64,000 bases of DNA. It comes from Bacillota bacterium. Lineage in GTDB: Bacteria > Bacillota > Limnochordia > DTU087. The translations under genes were made by a program, and so were the position numbers. The number at the start of each line of letters is the position of its first letter. Within the stretch, counting starts at the first letter, position 1. Under the pieces are notes generated by a model. That model was not told where the DNA came from. It saw only the letters and a program-made list of their open reading frames with translations, and searched no databases. This document shows positions 10,845 through 21,130 of this stretch, piece after piece. The DNA is taken from positions 341-64,340 of the forward strand of contig JAAYQZ010000052.1 in assembly GCA_012519025.1 (NCBI GenBank), in the 5' to 3' direction.

Positions 10845-11642
10845 TTGAGCAAAGTGGAGATCTGTGGAGTCAATACATCAAAACTGCCTGTTTTGACTAA
10901 TGAAAAGATGCGCGTACTTTTGAAAGCTATGCAAGAAGGTGATGAGTCTGCCCGTAGACAGCTTATTCAAGGAAACCTGCGTTTAGTATTAAGTGTGATC
11001 CAGCGGTTTAACAATCGTGGTGAACCGGTTGATGATCTGTTCCAAGTTGGCTGCATTGGGTTGATGAAGGCGATTGATAATTTTGATCTCAGTCAGAACG
11101 TGAAATTCTCTACATATGCCGTACCCATGATTATAGGTGAGATAAGACGGTATTTGAGAGACAACAATCCCATTAGGGTTTCCCGATCTTTAAGGGATGT
11201 GGCCTATCGGGCACTGCAGGTGAGAGATTCATTGGTCGCAAAGCACTCCCGTGAGCCTACAATTGACCAAATCGCAGAAGTCTTGAAAATGCCCAGGGAA
11301 GAAATTGTCTATGCGTTGGATGCAATCCAAGAACCGGTTTCCCTATTTGAACCAATTTACCACGATGGTGGTGATCCAATCTTCGTAATGGATCAAATCA
11401 GCGATGAAACAAACGATGACGCCATTTGGCTTGAAGGAATCTCGATACGTGAAGCTATGGAGAAAATTGGTGAACGGGAACGATTGATTCTCAACATGCG
11501 TTTCTTCCACGGGCGTACTCAGATGGAAGTTGCAGAAGAAATCGGAATCTCGCAGGCTCAGGTGTCTCGCTTGGAAAAGGCTGCTTTGAAGCACCTACGT
11601 CGCCATATGACTGTCAACGCATCCGAGCCGATCAATCAGTGA
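10845..11642 (+). CDS. sigG: Forespore sigma factor sigmaG
   Basis: KVEICGVNTSKLPVL, FSTYAVPMIIGEIRRYLRDN and EPIYHDGGDPI motifs. Confidence 0.98.
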   Translation: MSKVEICGVNTSKLPVLTNEKMRVLLKAMQEGDESARRQLIQGNLRLVLSVIQRFNNRGEPVDDLFQVGCIGLMKAIDNFDLSQNVKFSTYAVPMIIGEIRRYLRDNNPIRVSRSLRDVAYRALQVRDSLVAKHSREPTIDQIAEVLKMPREEIVYALDAIQEPVSLFEPIYHDGGDPIFVMDQISDETNDDAIWLEGISIREAMEKIGERERLILNMRFFHGRTQMEVAEEIGISQAQVSRLEKAALKHLRRHMTVNASEPINQ

Positions 11643-11704
11643 TTTTCGATGCTGCAGTAAATTGGTGTAGGCACGGTTTTTAGTGATGCACGGAGGTGGC
11701 AAGC

Positions 11705-12403
11705 ATGATGGTACGCACACTTTTGAATCGAGTACTTATTTCCACTATAATTTTAGCAGTAGCGTTGGTCTTCGGTTTGCTTGGCGCATATATAAACGAC
11801 AATGTACAATCCTGCGAAGAGGCTTACAATGCCGAGAGCCTGATTCGGCTGCATATATTGGCAAACAGTGATGCTGTCAAAGATCAAGAGCTTAAGCTGT
11901 TGGTTAGAGATGCTGTTTTAGGTAAAACCCAAGAAATTTTCGCCGGGTCCACTAATAAGGCAGAGGCATGGCAGAAGTTGTTGAACCATGAGGATGCTTT
12001 TGAAATTGCTGCCCGCGATGTCGTTAAAAAAGCAGGTTTTGATTACCCTGTTAAAATCAACCTCGTCCAAGAGCCGTTTCCTGAACGAACCTACGGTGTT
12101 CTTACGATCCCTGCCGGTGACTACCACGCTATGCAGGTCGTGATCGGGGACGGGGTAGGAAGGAACTGGTGGTGTGTTTTATTTCCGCCTTTATGCTTAA
12201 TGGATGCATTGGAAACCGAGTCTGTAGTTAGGCAACCACAAGATCAAAGTGAAAGGAAAAAAATGGTTGAGTGGCGCCTGAGGTATCTCGATGGAATCTA
12301 TAGAGAATATGGGAGCAAAATGGCCTCTGTATTCAAGCAGGGTTTTGCACTGCGGTTTCTTTCCACGGCTCAACTACCGATTTGGGCCAGATTGCCTAAG
12401 TGA
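11705..12403 (+). CDS. spoIIR: Stage II sporulation protein R
   Basis: IRLHILANSD..DQELKL.VRD and NWWCVLFPPLC motifs; N-terminal signal/TM. Confidence 0.95.
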   Translation: MMVRTLLNRVLISTIILAVALVFGLLGAYINDNVQSCEEAYNAESLIRLHILANSDAVKDQELKLLVRDAVLGKTQEIFAGSTNKAEAWQKLLNHEDAFEIAARDVVKKAGFDYPVKINLVQEPFPERTYGVLTIPAGDYHAMQVVIGDGVGRNWWCVLFPPLCLMDALETESVVRQPQDQSERKKMVEWRLRYLDGIYREYGSKMASVFKQGFALRFLSTAQLPIWARLPK

Positions 12404-12418
12404 CGGGCCCAGAGTAGT

Positions 12419-12445
12419 ACATTTGTACACACCCCCACATATAAT
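12419..12445 (+). promoter_or_regulatory. sigmaE/sigmaK-type promoter of ylmC
   Basis: ACA-16nt-CATATAAT. Confidence 0.55.
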
Positions 12446-12470
12446 ATACCAATAATCTGGTGTCCGGGGG

Positions 12471-12740
12471 GTGGGGATACTGCTGATTAAAACATCGGAC
12501 TTATGGGTATTGGATGTCATTAATACTGTTGATGGTCAAAGGCTTGGTAATGTTACGGACTTGGATATTGATCTGGACACCGGTAAGATTAATGCTTTGG
12601 TGCTTACTGAAACGAGCGGTTTTTTCGGCATGTTCCGCAGGGGAGATCTGGTGATTCCTTGGGAAAATGTGATGTTGATCGGGATTGACGTTGTGTTGGT
12701 GGAAGTACACAATCTTAGAGAGCCCCAGCGCCTTAGGTAG
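12471..12740 (+). CDS. ylmC: YlmC/YmxH family PRC-barrel sporulation protein (start uncertain)
   Basis: SDL...VIN..DG.RLG.V.D and IPWENV..IGIDVVLV motifs. Confidence 0.9.
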   Translation: MGILLIKTSDLWVLDVINTVDGQRLGNVTDLDIDLDTGKINALVLTETSGFFGMFRRGDLVIPWENVMLIGIDVVLVEVHNLREPQRLR

Positions 12741-12777
12741 ACCTGAGTTACCTTAAAGCGGGCCGGGGCCTTTGTTG

Positions 12778-12921
12778 TTATTCTTCTACTAATTCAAACT
12801 CCTCTTTGCCGACTCCACATACCGGACATGTCCAATCATCCGGTAAATCTTCAAAAGGAACATTGTCTTCTTCTGCAGGATCATAGATATAACCGCATAC
12901 GGTGCATTCCCACTTTTCCAT
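12778..12921 (-). CDS. Rubredoxin, 47 aa short-loop type
   Basis: [10 protein letters not shown]...[11 protein letters not shown]; ATG 12921 follows AAGGAGG. Confidence 0.96.
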   Translation of the reverse strand: MEKWECTVCGYIYDPAEEDNVPFEDLPDDWTCPVCGVGKEEFELVEE

Positions 12922-13123
12922 GGTGAAAGCCTCCTTTAAAGTCTTCTGCTTCGTCAAAGAAGCGGATATCAATCTCTTTTCATCGTTCATCCGGAATATC
13001 CTGCCACTGCCATGTATTTTGATTAATTTGCCGATTTCCGCCATACATGCCGGTGATATTTAAGTTTCCCCTAAACAGGGTATATAATAAACATAAGGTA
13101 TAAATTGTACAAGGAGGGCTAGT

Positions 13124-14338
13124 ATGGCAGTTGTTGAAGTTAAACCGGGTGTGCATTGGGTAGGTGCTGTTGATTGGAATGTGAGACAGTTTCACGGAGC
13201 CACATACAGCACCCATCGCGGCACAACCTATAATGCTTACCTAGTCGAAGGTGAGAAGTACACTGCTTTGGTGGACACTGTTCATGCGCCGTTCACTGAC
13301 GTATTGGTGGGGCATTTGGAGAGTTTGATTGACCTTGACAAGATCGACTATGTAGTAGTCAATCATGTTGAAATGGATCACACCGGGGCATTACCCAAAA
13401 TAATGGAACTGTGTCCCAAAGCCCGTATATACTGCAGCAGGAGGGCCGAAGAGCCCTTAAAGCAGCATTTCGGGGATCTGGGTTGGGATATGACCACTGT
13501 GAAGACAGGAGACACGCTGGAACTCGGTGGCAAAACAATTCATTTCATCGAAGCCCCAATGCTGCATTGGCCCGACAGCATGTTTTCTTTTATTCCTGAA
13601 GACAAACTGCTTATGCCAAATGATGCTTTTGGCCAGCATCTTGCGAGTTCTCAGCGGTTTGATGATGAGGTGGACAACGCCATTCTCATGGATGAGGCAG
13701 CAAAATACTATGCCAATATCCTGCTGCCCTTTAATGCATTAGTAGCGCGCAAGATCAAAGAGATTGTGGAAATGGGCATTGAATTTGATACTATTGCCCC
13801 GGCCCACGGTATAATCTGGCGTACTAATCCCAACCAGATCATTGAGGCATATGTCAACTGGTCCGGAGGCGTGGAAACTCCCGGGCGGATTTCACCGGAG
13901 GTTGTAATCGTTTTTGATACCATGTGGAATTCTACGGAACTGATGGCTGAGGCGATCTGCGATGAGTTGAGTGTTTTAGGCTGCAGAGTGAACTTGTACA
14001 ACATTGGTAAAACCGATTACAGCGACATTATTAGAGAGATATTAGAGGCTAAGGCGGTTGTCTTTGGCTCACCGACTATGAACAATGCTATGCTGCCTTC
14101 TTTGAGCTCACTTCTGGATGCGCTTAAAGGTTTAAAACCCCAGGGGAAACTGGGTGCCGTCTTTGGGTCCCATGGTTGGAGGGGCGGCGCAGTCAAGCAG
14201 CTTGCTTCCTCACTTGCTGAGGCAGGGATAGATGTTTTAGAAACCGGGGTGGAAGTCACCTGGGTTCCAGACTCCGAAGATATTGCAGCATGTCGAGATT
14301 TGGCCCGAAGATTGGATGAAGCTTTGAAAACCAAGTAG
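13124..14338 (+). CDS. fprA: Flavodiiron protein (FprA family, O2/NO reductase)
   Basis: GTTYNAYL, NHVEMDH, MLHWPD and NDAFGQH motifs plus flavodoxin domain (TMWNST, GSPT, FGSHGW). Confidence 0.95.
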   Translation: MAVVEVKPGVHWVGAVDWNVRQFHGATYSTHRGTTYNAYLVEGEKYTALVDTVHAPFTDVLVGHLESLIDLDKIDYVVVNHVEMDHTGALPKIMELCPKARIYCSRRAEEPLKQHFGDLGWDMTTVKTGDTLELGGKTIHFIEAPMLHWPDSMFSFIPEDKLLMPNDAFGQHLASSQRFDDEVDNAILMDEAAKYYANILLPFNALVARKIKEIVEMGIEFDTIAPAHGIIWRTNPNQIIEAYVNWSGGVETPGRISPEVVIVFDTMWNSTELMAEAICDELSVLGCRVNLYNIGKTDYSDIIREILEAKAVVFGSPTMNNAMLPSLSSLLDALKGLKPQGKLGAVFGSHGWRGGAVKQLASSLAEAGIDVLETGVEVTWVPDSEDIAACRDLARRLDEALKTK

Positions 14339-14385
14339 GCGCAGATATTCCCCGTCAGGCCCAATTAAAGACAATCTAGGCAGTG

Positions 14386-14416
14386 AAAGGCGGTCATTTA
14401 ACCGATCGCCTTTTTT
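14386..14416 (+). terminator. Intrinsic terminator after fprA
   Basis: AAAGGCGGTC / GATCGCCTTT stem followed by T run. Confidence 0.7.
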
Positions 14417-14468
14417 ACATGGTATAATTATTAGGTGGAATGTAATATTTGATTAAGGAGGCTGCATT

Positions 14469-14927
14469 ATGAAATGCCCTTACTGCGACTTCTTAGAAAG
14501 TAAAGTTGTGGATTCCCGCGCTACCGAGGAGGGCAGCTCTATTCGTCGCCGCAGGGAATGCATAAAATGCCAACGACGCTTCACTACATATGAGCGCCTG
14601 CATGATGTACCTTTGATGGTGATTAAAAAAGACGGCAGGCGAGAAGTATTCTCGAGAGACAAGATAATCAGAGGCGTGCTTAAGGCATCGGAAAAACGCC
14701 CCATCAGCTACGAAGTTGTGGAAAATTTGAGCCGAGATATTGAAAAAGAACTGAGAAATAAAATGGATGCGGAAATTCCATCGCAAATGATTGGAGAAAT
14801 GATAATGACACACTTGCGTCAGATCGATGAAGTTGCTTATGTACGCTTTGCTTCTGTCTACAGGCAGTTTAAAGATATCGGTCGCTTTATTGAGGAACTT
14901 GAAAAATTACGGGGAGAAGATCACTAG
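14469..14927 (+). CDS. nrdR: Transcriptional repressor NrdR
   Basis: MKCPYC..VVDSR..IRRRREC..C..RFTTYE, ATP-cone, [10 protein letters not shown]. Confidence 0.98.
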   Translation: MKCPYCDFLESKVVDSRATEEGSSIRRRRECIKCQRRFTTYERLHDVPLMVIKKDGRREVFSRDKIIRGVLKASEKRPISYEVVENLSRDIEKELRNKMDAEIPSQMIGEMIMTHLRQIDEVAYVRFASVYRQFKDIGRFIEELEKLRGEDH

Positions 14928-15000
14928 GGAGAAAGCAGCATAGACAGAACAAGGGATTTGGTTCGGCTTTAGTGAAAATATAATGGATGGAGGTGCAGTG

Positions 15001-17265
15001 ATGGGTAATCCGTTAGTCCAAAAAAATAAGACTCCGAGGCCGCCGGCCAAAGGTAGGTTCAAAGAGATCGGAGTCATTTTGCTGTTTGCTTTGGGGATTT
15101 TTGTCTGGTTGAGTCTACATACTGAAAGCGTTGGACTTGTAGGGATGTGGGTCTCCCGTTATACTCGCTGGTTGTTGGGATTCACAGCAGATCTGCCGGT
15201 ATTGTTTCTTTTTTTTGCCGGATACGTCTGTCTTAAAGGAATAGATAACTTGCCGGAATTTCGACGGCTGATTACTGGTATTATTTTACTTATTGGGGTT
15301 ATTTTAATTCAGGTTCATTTACAAACTACAGATATAGTGGCAGTGTCTTATGTTCAGCGCCTTGGTCCCGGTGCGACACGGCCGCAGGGAGCAGGTGCAA
15401 TCGGCCAGTTGTTGACTGCCCTGAGTCTGAGAGCTTTGGGCCTTGGAGGGACCTATGTTCTTAGTATCACTTGTGCGTTGATTGCCGTAATCTTGCTTTT
15501 TGAAGTTCCACTTTTTAAAAATATAGGTAGGGGTGTCAAATGGCTGGCCGGGAATGCCTTAAAGCCGGGACAGTATGTTGCAGGGCTTTTACGTAAAGCC
15601 TATTCGTTGGTGGGCTCGTGGCATTCAGATCTTAAAGCAAGCAGTACTCGCAGACGAAAATCGGCTCAAAATAGGCCTGCTAAAAGGAAAGTCCGGCGGG
15701 AGAGGCAAGCGGCTGAAACTACGCTGGGGGAGGTAGCCGCCGCCGGGGAGGAAAAGCCACAAGTCGCTGAAAATGACGCAAAGGCGGATGAAGTGGTTGT
15801 TATGCCTTCAGTGGTGCCTCGAAAGGTTGATCCGTTCTCTATGCCGGGTGCGGATTTGCTGGGACCCATACGCCGCCGTCAGGTTAAAAATACCGATACT
15901 GCCGAGGAACGGGAGCTATTAGAAGAAACTTTGGCGAGTTTTGGGATAGATGGGCGTGTGGTTGATGTTTGCCAAGGGCCAACAGTGACCCGTTATGAGA
16001 TACAGCCACCGGCCGGAGTCAAAGTGAGCCGCATTGTGTCATTGGCAGATGATTTAGCTTTGGCATTGGCAGCGGCTGACGTGCGCATAGAAGCACCGGT
16101 TCCCGGCAAGTCTGTTGTAGGAGTGGAAGTGCCCAACAAGGAAGCAAGTACGGTGTTTATCCAAGAAGTCCTTGGCAGTAAGGAGTTTCAATCTCATCCT
16201 TCCCGGGTGGCTATGGCCTTGGGAAAAGACATTGCAGGAAAAACAGTTGTAGCTGATTTAGCAAAACTTCCCCACCTTTTGGTTGCGGGGGCAACCGGTT
16301 CCGGTAAGAGTATTTGTCTAAATGTCATGATCGCAAGCTTTCTCTACAAATCATCTCCGGAAGAGGTCCAACTCCTTTTAATAGATCCTAAACGTGTGGA
16401 GCTCGGCGTCTATAACGGTATACCGCATTTAGTGTCACCGGTGGTGATTGATCCTAAGAAAGCCGCTACGGCACTGCGCTGGGCAGTTAGGGAAATGGAA
16501 CGCCGTTATGAATTGTTTGCTGAGTCGGGTGCCCGCAATATACAAGCCTACAATGATTGGGTACATGAAAATCATTCCAAAGAAGATAGCACAAAAGATG
16601 AGCAACTGCCTTATATAGTGATTATCATCGATGAGTTGGCAGACCTAATGTTGGTGGCCGCAGCAGATGTAGAAGACGCTATATGCCGACTAGCACAAAT
16701 GGCCCGAGCCGCCGGCATGTATCTAATTATCGCTACCCAGCGGCCTTCGGTGGACGTGATTACTGGATTGATTAAAGCCAATATTCCCTCAAGATTAGCC
16801 TTTGCTGTATCATCCCAAGTTGATTCCCGCACCATTTTGGATATGGCCGGTGCTGAGCGCCTTTTAGGTAAAGGAGACATGCTTTACTACCCCAGTGGCG
16901 CCCCGAAAGCCCTCAGAGCACAAGGGGCCTTTATTCAAGAAAAGGATATTGCCAAAATAGTTGAGTTTTGGAAAAAGCAAGCTGACCCAAAAGAGACTGC
17001 AGTTGCTGACATTATCGAGGAGCAGGAGACTGTTGACAATGAGGTAATTGTCGATGATGAGCTTTTTGATGACGCTGTACAGCTGATTATTGATTCAGGT
17101 CAAGCATCCATCTCTATGCTCCAGCGCAGGTTTCGCATAGGGTATTCACGAGCAGCAAGGCTGATAGACACAATGGAACTTAAAGGAATCGTTGGTCCAC
17201 ATCAAGGCAGCAAGCCCCGAGAAGTTTTAATCGATCACTACGAAGGCAGCCAGGATAATGGATAG
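15001..17265 (+). CDS. spoIIIE: DNA translocase SpoIIIE/FtsK
   Basis: N-terminal TMs, [26 protein letters not shown] and gamma-domain [15 protein letters not shown]. Confidence 0.96.
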   Translation: MGNPLVQKNKTPRPPAKGRFKEIGVILLFALGIFVWLSLHTESVGLVGMWVSRYTRWLLGFTADLPVLFLFFAGYVCLKGIDNLPEFRRLITGIILLIGVILIQVHLQTTDIVAVSYVQRLGPGATRPQGAGAIGQLLTALSLRALGLGGTYVLSITCALIAVILLFEVPLFKNIGRGVKWLAGNALKPGQYVAGLLRKAYSLVGSWHSDLKASSTRRRKSAQNRPAKRKVRRERQAAETTLGEVAAAGEEKPQVAENDAKADEVVVMPSVVPRKVDPFSMPGADLLGPIRRRQVKNTDTAEERELLEETLASFGIDGRVVDVCQGPTVTRYEIQPPAGVKVSRIVSLADDLALALAAADVRIEAPVPGKSVVGVEVPNKEASTVFIQEVLGSKEFQSHPSRVAMALGKDIAGKTVVADLAKLPHLLVAGATGSGKSICLNVMIASFLYKSSPEEVQLLLIDPKRVELGVYNGIPHLVSPVVIDPKKAATALRWAVREMERRYELFAESGARNIQAYNDWVHENHSKEDSTKDEQLPYIVIIIDELADLMLVAAADVEDAICRLAQMARAAGMYLIIATQRPSVDVITGLIKANIPSRLAFAVSSQVDSRTILDMAGAERLLGKGDMLYYPSGAPKALRAQGAFIQEKDIAKIVEFWKKQADPKETAVADIIEEQETVDNEVIVDDELFDDAVQLIIDSGQASISMLQRRFRIGYSRAARLIDTMELKGIVGPHQGSKPREVLIDHYEGSQDNG

Positions 17266-17312
17266 TTTTAAATTATCGGGCATGTAGATTGAGCATGAAA
17301 GAGGGGGTAAAG

Positions 17313-18506
17313 GTGACTGAAGTAGGAAAGATGCTGGAGGAGGCCCGGCTCAAACAAAGCATCACCTTAGATCGTGTCGAGCGGGACTTAAAAATCCGCA
17401 TGCATTATCTTATTGCAATGGAGACCGGACAGTGGGAAGAATTACCGGGTGCTGCCTATGCAACTGGTTTTTTGCGGAGTTATGCAAATTATCTCGGGCT
17501 ATCCGGTGAAGACTTTGCCCATGAATATAAATACTGGCGGGATATGCGGGGCAGCAAAGAGCTCAGCCAAGGACCGTCTGTCGGTGTATTCACCCGTTCT
17601 AAGGAATTGGAGACAGATGGTGGCATTTTTCAATTGGGCGATAAAGCCACTGGCAAGAAAGTACGGCGGCGCAAATTATCCAAGGTAGCGTTTGTCTTTG
17701 TTGTTTTGATAGTCGCCTTGGGAGCCTATGTATATTTGACTTGGAAACAACCTTTCTCACAAGGGCCGATCCAATCAGTGGAGGACACATTGGACGGTTA
17801 TGAAAGCAGCATAGAGCCGGACAACGCAAATGATATGGACGAAGCACTGCCAGAAATATTGGACAAAACAAGTGATGGGTCTTTTTTACCGCATGATCAG
17901 GAAGACATGGAGTGGGCAGAGAATTGGATAACGGACACCGAAGTGGAAGACAGCAGTAGGGATGCTGTAGATGAATTTAAAGGTGCGTATTTAGATGGTC
18001 CAGATATAGAGTTGGAGGCGGAATTGTCAGAAGCAGAAGAGGTTGTACAATCTGCTCAAGAAGGGCTCCTACCGCCTGATACTCCTGATGCTGTTGAAGC
18101 TGACGCGAATTTCGATGAAGTTTTGGATCTAGATGATGAACCGCACACCGAATATCCTGATGGGTCGGATCTCGTACCTTCGGTGATAGTGCCCAGTGAT
18201 AATCTACACCGTCTATCTAGAGAGCAAGAACAGCCGCCTGTGTCAGTGGAAAGTGAACTGACGCTACCTATGGTATTGGAAATCAGGGCCAACGGCAGAT
18301 GTTGGATTGAAGTACACAGCGATGGGAATGTAGAGTTTTCTAAAACAGTGGAAGCAGGCGAACAGTATGCTTGGACCGGTTTTGAAGAGATTAAAGCACG
18401 GTTTGGCAATGCGGATGTAGTGGACCTTATCTTCAACGGACAAGAGCTGGGGCCGGCCGGCAAAGGCGTCATAACACGGATTTTCACTCAAGAGGACGCG
18501 GACTGA
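17313..18506 (+). CDS. rodZ: RodZ/YmfM-like HTH-TM-DUF4115 protein with long acidic linker
   Basis: N-terminal HTH (LKIRMHYL.AME.G..LPG..Y..GFLRSYA), basic patch plus TM, C-terminal CWIEV..DG..GNA. Confidence 0.85.
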   Translation: MTEVGKMLEEARLKQSITLDRVERDLKIRMHYLIAMETGQWEELPGAAYATGFLRSYANYLGLSGEDFAHEYKYWRDMRGSKELSQGPSVGVFTRSKELETDGGIFQLGDKATGKKVRRRKLSKVAFVFVVLIVALGAYVYLTWKQPFSQGPIQSVEDTLDGYESSIEPDNANDMDEALPEILDKTSDGSFLPHDQEDMEWAENWITDTEVEDSSRDAVDEFKGAYLDGPDIELEAELSEAEEVVQSAQEGLLPPDTPDAVEADANFDEVLDLDDEPHTEYPDGSDLVPSVIVPSDNLHRLSREQEQPPVSVESELTLPMVLEIRANGRCWIEVHSDGNVEFSKTVEAGEQYAWTGFEEIKARFGNADVVDLIFNGQELGPAGKGVITRIFTQEDAD

Positions 18507-18584
18507 ATTCGAATCCCTTCTCCAAATAGTTGACTTTGGGCATATATTGCTGAAGTCCGGAATATCTATTATGGCGGAAGGGGG

Positions 18585-19451
18585 TTGATGGGCTTGGCAC
18601 GAAGAGTCACTAGAAGAACCCGTCAAACAAATGGACCAGGTCTTTTGTTTATTCTTATTGCTTTAGTTGTGGTGGCGGCAGCAGGCGCACAGTATCTTGG
18701 TTTGTACGCACCGGAACAACCAACATTAGCACCGGGGCAGATAACAAGCGGCGGTGGAGAACTAATACCCGTCGCCAGTAAACCCGATGAGACAAGTGTA
18801 CAAGACAAGGGGGAGCCGGTCACTGTTTTGGTTTACCATGCCCACGGAAGTGAAAACTTTGCACCAAAAGACAGCCATGCTAAAAATGGAAAGGGCGAAA
18901 TATTGGATGTGGGTGCTGAGTTTTGCCAAGCTATTAGCGAAAAAGGAATTAAAGCCATTCACTTAAAAGGTACTTACGATATTCCTGAATACAGCGCGGC
19001 GTTTCGCATGGCGGGCGACGCAGTGGCAAAGGCTCTGAACGAATATTCAAATGTGCAGGCGGTAATAGATATCCACCGTGATGGTCTTCCCAAAAATAAA
19101 GACAAAGATTACACAACAGCCTTGATTTCCGGGCAAAGAGTCGGGAAAATTCTATTTGTAATAGGGGATGTGGCTAATCCCAATCGGGAAAACAACACAG
19201 CATTCGCGGAAACTGCAAAAGCACGGCTCGATGCTATGTACGCCGGTGTAAGTAGGGGTATCAAGGTTCAGCACCGCAATCTTAATGGAAGCCTCCATGA
19301 CAACACTTTGACGGCTTATTTGGGGGATTATCACGGCAACAACCTGCAGGAGGCAAAGGCCTCGGCCCGGTTACTGGCCGATGTTGTAGCAGCGGTATTG
19401 TTGGAGCAAGCCAGGAGCGGCATGTTTGTGGTGCCTACGACTACACCATAA
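18585..19451 (+). CDS. Short SpoIIP-like cell-wall hydrolase homologue
   Basis: N-terminal TM, VYHAH.SE and IDIHRDG motifs, KILFVIG; the C-terminal Glu motif is altered. Confidence 0.75.
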   Translation: MMGLARRVTRRTRQTNGPGLLFILIALVVVAAAGAQYLGLYAPEQPTLAPGQITSGGGELIPVASKPDETSVQDKGEPVTVLVYHAHGSENFAPKDSHAKNGKGEILDVGAEFCQAISEKGIKAIHLKGTYDIPEYSAAFRMAGDAVAKALNEYSNVQAVIDIHRDGLPKNKDKDYTTALISGQRVGKILFVIGDVANPNRENNTAFAETAKARLDAMYAGVSRGIKVQHRNLNGSLHDNTLTAYLGDYHGNNLQEAKASARLLADVVAAVLLEQARSGMFVVPTTTP

Positions 19452-19663
19452 ATTTCACTAGACCTCTTTGATCAGGCAGGGTAATTAGGTAATTTGACCC
19501 ACTCCCGGCAATACTATTTATAGGGGTGGGCGTTTTTTTGCTAACCAGTCGTAGAGACAGGCAGGGCCCCCGATCTATATGTCGAATTGAAGTTCCTGGG
19601 CTTATACATTTATCAGTGATTCTATTAATACATTACCAAGCCAGCACGGGAGGTGCTCCTACC

Positions 19664-21109
19664 ATGGCAGAGCATATTCATATGATTGGAATCGGGGGAG
19701 TGGGCATGAGTGCCATTGCTACCGTGCTCCTCGAAATGGGGCATAAGGTTAGCGGCTCCGATTTAAAAGATTCAGAGACACTCCATCGACTGCAGCAAGA
19801 GGGAGCCGGGGTTTTTGTGGGCCATGAAGCCTCGCACATTGAAGGTGCGGATTTAATCGTTTATTCATCTGCAATACCAAAACATAACCCGGAACTGCTT
19901 GCTGCGGGTAAACAAAATATACCGATTTTGCACCGTTCGGAAATGCTTGCACGCTTGCTCAATGACAAATTGGGCATAGCTGTTGCCGGAGCCCACGGCA
20001 AGACCACCATTACCGGCATGATTGCCCATATATTGACTAAGTTGGAGGTTGATCCAACGGTATTGGCCGGTGGTGAGATGCAGAACCAGTGTGTTCATGC
20101 CAGATGGGGTGAAGGACATTACGTTGTGGCTGAAGCCGATGAGAGTGATGCATCATTTCTGAGATATTTCCCCCACATTGCTGTCATAACCAGTGTGGAG
20201 GCAGATCATCTAGAGAACTTCGGGGGTAGAGCCGGTCGCCTAGTGGCAAGTTATAAAAGTTTTTTAGGCAATATCAAAGCGGGCGGGGTTCTGATCATAT
20301 CCCGAGATGCGTATAAGATTTTAGAAGATGAGATCAAGGCGCTGGAAAACAAAATCTCTGTGATCGTTTATGGTTTAGATCAAGCAAATGGGGATGTTGG
20401 CTTTAAAGACAGTATCAATACAGCAACCAATGTTGATGGTTACCGAGCGGAAGAGATTAAACTGGTGGAATCCACAGCATGCTTTTACGTGTATTTTAAT
20501 GGTGAGTGTCTTGGTGAATGCTGTATTTCTGTTCCGGGTAGATACAATGTAGAAAATGCGTTGGCTGCCATAGCTGTAGCCCGCTCTGCCGGACTTGAGT
20601 ACAGTGAAATTTTCCGTGCGCTGGGCGGTTTTCATGGTGCTCATCGCCGCTTTGAGTGGATAGGTACGGCCAAAGGCGTTTTAGTTTACGATGATTATGC
20701 ACACCATCCCACAGAAATCAAAAACGCTTTAAAGGCAGCTAAAACCGGGTTTAACCGCAGAGTAATTGCGATTTTCCAGCCTCAGCGCTACAGCCGCACC
20801 AAACTTTTTATGCATGAATTCAGCCAATCATTTAAGGAAGCAGACATAGCGGTGATCACCGATATTTATGCACCACCACCGGAAGTTCCGCTGCCCGGGA
20901 TCACAGCCAAACGCCTGGCTAAATTGGTTGCGGAAGATATTGGCGAGGACCGGGTGATGTTCATAGGTGATAAGGAACAGATCAGTGAACGACTTGAGCC
21001 GGTTTTGGAAAATGACGATTTAGTTATCACTATGGGTGCCGGGGATATTTGGCAGGTAGCCCATGAGCTGGTAGAAAGGCTTGAACACACGGGTGTGCAG
21101 GGACTTTAA
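19664..21109 (+). CDS. murC: UDP-MurNAc:L-alanine ligase
   Basis: IGIGGVGMS, GAHGKTT, EADESD, DDYAHHPTEI and FQPQRYSRT motifs; ATG 19664 after GGGAGGT. Confidence 0.97.
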   Translation: MAEHIHMIGIGGVGMSAIATVLLEMGHKVSGSDLKDSETLHRLQQEGAGVFVGHEASHIEGADLIVYSSAIPKHNPELLAAGKQNIPILHRSEMLARLLNDKLGIAVAGAHGKTTITGMIAHILTKLEVDPTVLAGGEMQNQCVHARWGEGHYVVAEADESDASFLRYFPHIAVITSVEADHLENFGGRAGRLVASYKSFLGNIKAGGVLIISRDAYKILEDEIKALENKISVIVYGLDQANGDVGFKDSINTATNVDGYRAEEIKLVESTACFYVYFNGECLGECCISVPGRYNVENALAAIAVARSAGLEYSEIFRALGGFHGAHRRFEWIGTAKGVLVYDDYAHHPTEIKNALKAAKTGFNRRVIAIFQPQRYSRTKLFMHEFSQSFKEADIAVITDIYAPPPEVPLPGITAKRLAKLVAEDIGEDRVMFIGDKEQISERLEPVLENDDLVITMGAGDIWQVAHELVERLEHTGVQGL

Positions 21110-21130
21110 TATATCTACAGCTAGTGCATT

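Noticed and set aside
17760-18250. Acidic low-complexity stretch in rodZ as a repeat array
   Set aside because: No tandem nucleotide periodicity; consistent with a disordered linker.
19580-19586. Perfect TGTCGAA Spo0A box upstream of murC
   Set aside because: A single 7-mer that could equally be a sigmaH -10 (GTCGAAT) or chance; not enough support.
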